Shown: one piece after another, positions 27,428 through 33,651 of the stretch
Position numbering within the stretch: the first letter of the stretch is position 1
Layout of the letters: the number at the start of each line of letters is the position of its first letter
Source: an uncultured Alphaproteobacteria bacterium
GTDB lineage: Bacteria > Pseudomonadota > Alphaproteobacteria > CAAHEQ01 > UBA3637
Length of the DNA: 33,651 bases
Reading direction: 5' to 3'
Assembly (NCBI GenBank): GCA_947629595.1
Contig: CANREI010000003.1
Coordinates: forward strand, 1 to 33,651
Position numbers and translations under genes: made by a program
Notes under the pieces: generated by a model
Database searches by the model: none
The model's input: only the letters and a program-made list of their open reading frames with translations
What the model was told of the DNA's origin: nothing

Positions 27428-27466
27428 TTGTTTTTCAAACCCCGTTACGGGGTTTCTTAAAAACAA
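27428..27466. terminator. Bidirectional terminator between convergent virB11 and the Lon-like gene
   Basis: aaaccccg-tta-cggggttt core, extended by ttgttttt...aaaaacaa. Confidence 0.7.
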
Positions 27467-27493
27467 CGGCTCTTTCCGTCATTTTTTAAAAAA

Positions 27494-29881
27494 TTATTTC
27501 TTTTTTTGCCGAATATCCGTTTCCTGCGCTTTTTGGAAAAATTCACGCATCCGACGCGTAATAATGCCGTTGACGGAATTGCTCGGATATTGCCCGTTTT
27601 TATCAAGCGTACCCGCGGGTAATCCCGTTAAAATTTCCATACCTTCATCAATGGTATTCACGGCATAGATGTGGAATTTTCCTTGCTCGACGGCCGAAAC
27701 AACATCAGGCGCCAACATTAAATTATGAACGGTACTGGCCGGAATAATCACCCCTTGATGAGAAGTTAACCCTTGCTTTTGACACACGGCAAAATAGCCT
27801 TCAATTTTTTCGTTAACGGCGCCGACAGCCTGTACCTGTCCTAACTGATTGACCGATCCCGTTACGGCAATAGCCTGATTAAGCGGTAAATTACCGATGG
27901 CGGAAAGCAAACAATAAAGCTCGGTTGATGAAGCCGAATCGCCGTCCAACTCACTGTAAGATTGCTCAAACACCAAAGAGGCATCCAGTGAAAGCGGCAT
28001 TCCCTGCGAAAAACGCGCCGCCAAAAACGAAGAGAGAATTAAAACACCCTTTGAATGCAAAGCCCCGCCCAATTCCACTTCTCTTTCAACATCAATTAAA
28101 TCACCGTGTCCCAAGTGAACCTGACACGTTACCCGATTCGGACGCCCGAATGAAAACGAACCGTAATCGTGAACCACCAACGCATTTAATTGCCCGACTT
28201 TTTGTCCGCTCGTTTCAATGGCAATAATACCGCGTTGCACCATTTCCAAAATTTCGTTTTGCATAGCGCCTGACCGCTTGCGTTTGGCCTGCAAAGCTTC
28301 TTCAATATGCACGGGCAACACCTGCTTTGATTTATGCAGCGTTGCAAAAAAACTGGATTCGCGCATCACATCATTCACATGTGTCATAAACGTGCTTAAA
28401 TGCGCGCAATCCCCCGACAAACGGGACGCATATTCCAAAATGCGTCGCAAGGCATCATTGGAAAAGGCCTTTAATTTTTCATGACGGGCAAAATTCACCA
28501 AAATTTGCGCATAAATGCGTTCGGTTTCTTTTGTGCGCTCCGTTTTTTGCGCAAATCGCGATTGAATTTTAAACAATTCACCGAATTCATCGTCTTTTTC
28601 CATTAAAGCATAATATAAACCGGCCTCTCCGATTAAAATCACTTTAACCGATAAGGGAATCACCGCCGGCATTAACGAAACAACACCGGAAATGGAATTA
28701 TCGTCGGTACCCGATTCCATTTTAATTTCTTTGGAAAATAACGAGCGTTTTAACGCATTCCACACATATTCGTTTTCAATCAATTCGCGCGCTTCAATAA
28801 TTAAATAACCGCCGTTGGCCTGATGCAATGCACCGGATCGAATCAATGAAAAATCGGTAATTAAAGAGCCTAAATGTTGTTGGCGCTCGATTTTACCGAC
28901 CAAATTCGAGAGTGTCGGGTGGTTTAAATGAACAACGGGCGCACCGGAACCCGCTTTGTGCGAAACAAACAGATTAACGGCATAGCGTGACCACATTTCG
29001 CTGACTTGTTCGGCAACCGCTTCCCAATTCGCCTCGTTCGGTTGAACGGTAAAAAGAGCAATATTATCCAAAATATCTTGCTTAATGGCTTCCAAATAGG
29101 CCATAATAACGGCCGATTTCGCATACGTTTTTAAAACGGGCTTCATAACGGTTTTTAACAATTTTGTTGCCATTTCCGTATGCAGTTGCTTTAACATTTC
29201 CAGTTGCGCCGATTCCCAATTCGGTATTTCCTTAATGGTTTCCTCCAACCGTTGCTGCGCGCTTTTTAATTGTTCCAAAATATCTTTTCTTTCTTCTTTC
29301 GGCAGCTTATTAAATGTTTTCGGCGTTAAAATCTTGCCGTTTTTAACCGGCCCCACGGCCACACCCGTCGGCATACGCATTAACGTCACGTTATCGGTTT
29401 CCACCGCTTTTTGCAATTGATTAAAATAATCATCTTTGGCACGGGTACATTGCTGTTCAATATGCGCCACCTGAATTTTATAGGCTTCATCGGCAAACAA
29501 CGCCGGTAAATTCAATTTCAGCGCGTTTACCGTTTTTTTCATATCTTTGGCAAAAACTTTACCGCCGCCGGCGGGAAAATTAAGCGCTATCGGCTGATGC
29601 GGTGTTTCAAAATTATGCACGAAACACCAATCATCGGGCGTTTTTTGCGAGGCGGCATACTCTTTCACCGTTTGAATGGTTAAAACCGTTCGGCCGACCC
29701 CTTTGGGACCCGTACAAAAAATATTATAACCGGTGGCTTTCATTTGAATGCCGAAATTGATGGCTTCAAGCGCATCATCTTGCCCCAAAATGGGACTTGT
29801 TTTCGGTAAAGAAGCAATGTCGCTGTCTTTTAGCAGACTTTTGGTGTAAATTTGTTTGGATTTTAATTCATATTTTTTCAT
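27494..29881 (-). CDS. Lon-like (LonC/YcbZ type, AAA_32 + Lon_C) protease
   Basis: ILGQDDA, GPKGVGRT, GALHQANGGYLI, DVEREVELGGALHSKG, FEQSY..DGDSAS (catalytic Ser), VGAVNEKIEG (Lys). Confidence 0.92.
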   Translation of the reverse strand: MKKYELKSKQIYTKSLLKDSDIASLPKTSPILGQDDALEAINFGIQMKATGYNIFCTGPKGVGRTVLTIQTVKEYAASQKTPDDWCFVHNFETPHQPIALNFPAGGGKVFAKDMKKTVNALKLNLPALFADEAYKIQVAHIEQQCTRAKDDYFNQLQKAVETDNVTLMRMPTGVAVGPVKNGKILTPKTFNKLPKEERKDILEQLKSAQQRLEETIKEIPNWESAQLEMLKQLHTEMATKLLKTVMKPVLKTYAKSAVIMAYLEAIKQDILDNIALFTVQPNEANWEAVAEQVSEMWSRYAVNLFVSHKAGSGAPVVHLNHPTLSNLVGKIERQQHLGSLITDFSLIRSGALHQANGGYLIIEARELIENEYVWNALKRSLFSKEIKMESGTDDNSISGVVSLMPAVIPLSVKVILIGEAGLYYALMEKDDEFGELFKIQSRFAQKTERTKETERIYAQILVNFARHEKLKAFSNDALRRILEYASRLSGDCAHLSTFMTHVNDVMRESSFFATLHKSKQVLPVHIEEALQAKRKRSGAMQNEILEMVQRGIIAIETSGQKVGQLNALVVHDYGSFSFGRPNRVTCQVHLGHGDLIDVEREVELGGALHSKGVLILSSFLAARFSQGMPLSLDASLVFEQSYSELDGDSASSTELYCLLSAIGNLPLNQAIAVTGSVNQLGQVQAVGAVNEKIEGYFAVCQKQGLTSHQGVIIPASTVHNLMLAPDVVSAVEQGKFHIYAVNTIDEGMEILTGLPAGTLDKNGQYPSNSVNGIITRRMREFFQKAQETDIRQKKK

Positions 29882-30057
29882 TTTTTACTCCGTGTTTGTT
29901 TTCTTATAACCTTTTTTTGATTGAAATAAAAGATTTTTTATAAAAAAGACGAAAAAAAGTTTGTGAAACGCATTTTTTTGTGTCTTTTTTTAAAAAAATA
30001 TTCTATACTGTCACCAAGTAAAAATTTAAATCAACCATCATCGGAAGGAATCAAAAA

Positions 30058-31173
30058 ATGATGAAATTAACAATTGAACGTTCACTGTTATTAAAAGCGC
30101 TTTCACACGTACAAAACATTGTCGAGCGACGGCAAACCATTCCCGTTTTATCCAATGTTTTAATTGAAACAAACGGCGATGAAGTTTCGCTTCGGGCAAC
30201 CGATAATGAAATTGAAATCATCGAAAAATTACCGGCCAATGTTGAAACACAGGGAGCCGTTACCATTCCGGCGCATAAGCTTTACGATATTGTTAAAAAA
30301 TTGGCTGACGGTTCTCAAATTCAAATGAGTGCCATGGAAGAAACAGGCCAAGTTTCTTTGGTTTGCGGGCGCGCTAAATTTGCGTTGGCCAGTTTGCCTG
30401 CCGCTAATTTCCCCTCCATGATGCGGGAAACAATGCCCTTTTCTTTCACCGTTTCCGCAACGGATTTGTTAGACTTAATGAGCAAAACGGGCTTTGCCGT
30501 TTCCATGGAAGAAACACGGTATAATTTAAACGGTATTTATATGCATGAAAAACAAGGGGCGGAATCAAAATTAACCGCCGTTGCCACAGACGGCCATCGG
30601 CTGGCTTGTGCCGGCGTTCCGTTACCTGCCGGTGCTGCCGGTATGCCGGGCATTATCATTCCGCGCAAAACCATCGGTGAGCTTTCAAAACTGCTCGCGG
30701 AAACGGAAAATGAAGTATCGGTTTCTTTGTCTGCCAATCAAATTTGTTTTACGATTGACGATGTTGTTTTATCTTCCCGCCTGATTGACGGAACATATCC
30801 GGAATATGAAAAAGTGATTCCCACAAATAACGATAAAAAATTACAGGCCGATGCCAAAACATTAAGCGATGTGATTGAACGCGTTTCCGTTGTTTCCGAA
30901 AAATCGCGCGGCATTAAACTTTCTTTGCAATCGGGACTGATTCAAGTTTTTGCCGCTTCCGCCGATGAAGGGTCGGCCGAAGATGAAATGGATGCCGTTT
31001 ATGACGGCGAACCCATGGAAATCGGCTTTAACTTCCGTTATTTATTGGATATTTTGGCCCAAGTGAAAAGCGAAACGGTGCAATTATATTTGCAAGACGG
31101 CATTTCTCCCGTTATTTTGCAAGATGAAGCCGATAACAATGCTTTATATGTTTTAATGCCGATGCGCGTTTAA
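30058..31173 (+). CDS. dnaN: DNA polymerase III beta sliding clamp
   Basis: VERRQTIPVLSNV, EETRYNLNG, AVATDGHRL, LIDGTYPEY, YVLMPMRV. Confidence 0.98.
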   Translation: MMKLTIERSLLLKALSHVQNIVERRQTIPVLSNVLIETNGDEVSLRATDNEIEIIEKLPANVETQGAVTIPAHKLYDIVKKLADGSQIQMSAMEETGQVSLVCGRAKFALASLPAANFPSMMRETMPFSFTVSATDLLDLMSKTGFAVSMEETRYNLNGIYMHEKQGAESKLTAVATDGHRLACAGVPLPAGAAGMPGIIIPRKTIGELSKLLAETENEVSVSLSANQICFTIDDVVLSSRLIDGTYPEYEKVIPTNNDKKLQADAKTLSDVIERVSVVSEKSRGIKLSLQSGLIQVFAASADEGSAEDEMDAVYDGEPMEIGFNFRYLLDILAQVKSETVQLYLQDGISPVILQDEADNNALYVLMPMRV

Positions 31174-31200
31174 CGTTTTAAGTCAAGAAAAGTCAAGTTA

Positions 31201-33651
<2,451 letters not shown>

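Noticed and set aside
29882-30057. Replication origin upstream of dnaN
   Set aside because: AT-rich, but no TTATCCACA-type boxes and no dnaA

Overview
AT-rich chromosomal region whose gene content and order suggest an alphaproteobacterium, possibly host-associated or with a reduced genome (inference). The left part holds tRNA-Gly(GCC), an HlyC/CorC transporter, aroK, a small membrane ORF, a secreted hypothetical, xerD, a single ORF fusing LptF to LptD, surA and folD. The middle (10.3-27.4 kb) is an apparently non-mobile type IVA secretion locus: five tandem divergent VirB5/TrbJ-like secreted helical proteins, a 555-aa secreted protein, then virB8-virB7-virB8-virB9-virB10-virB11 in Rickettsiales rvh-like order. 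VirB9 carries a C-terminal SPOR domain. VirB10 is 2201 aa, with an Ig-like domain and about 30 copies of a ~51-aa repeat. The right part holds a Lon-like protease, dnaN, recF and the 5' part of gyrB. The two most notable items are the T4SS architecture and the LptF-LptD polyprotein, which has an internal signal-peptide-like linker. All family calls come from motif recognition by eye; no database searches were run.
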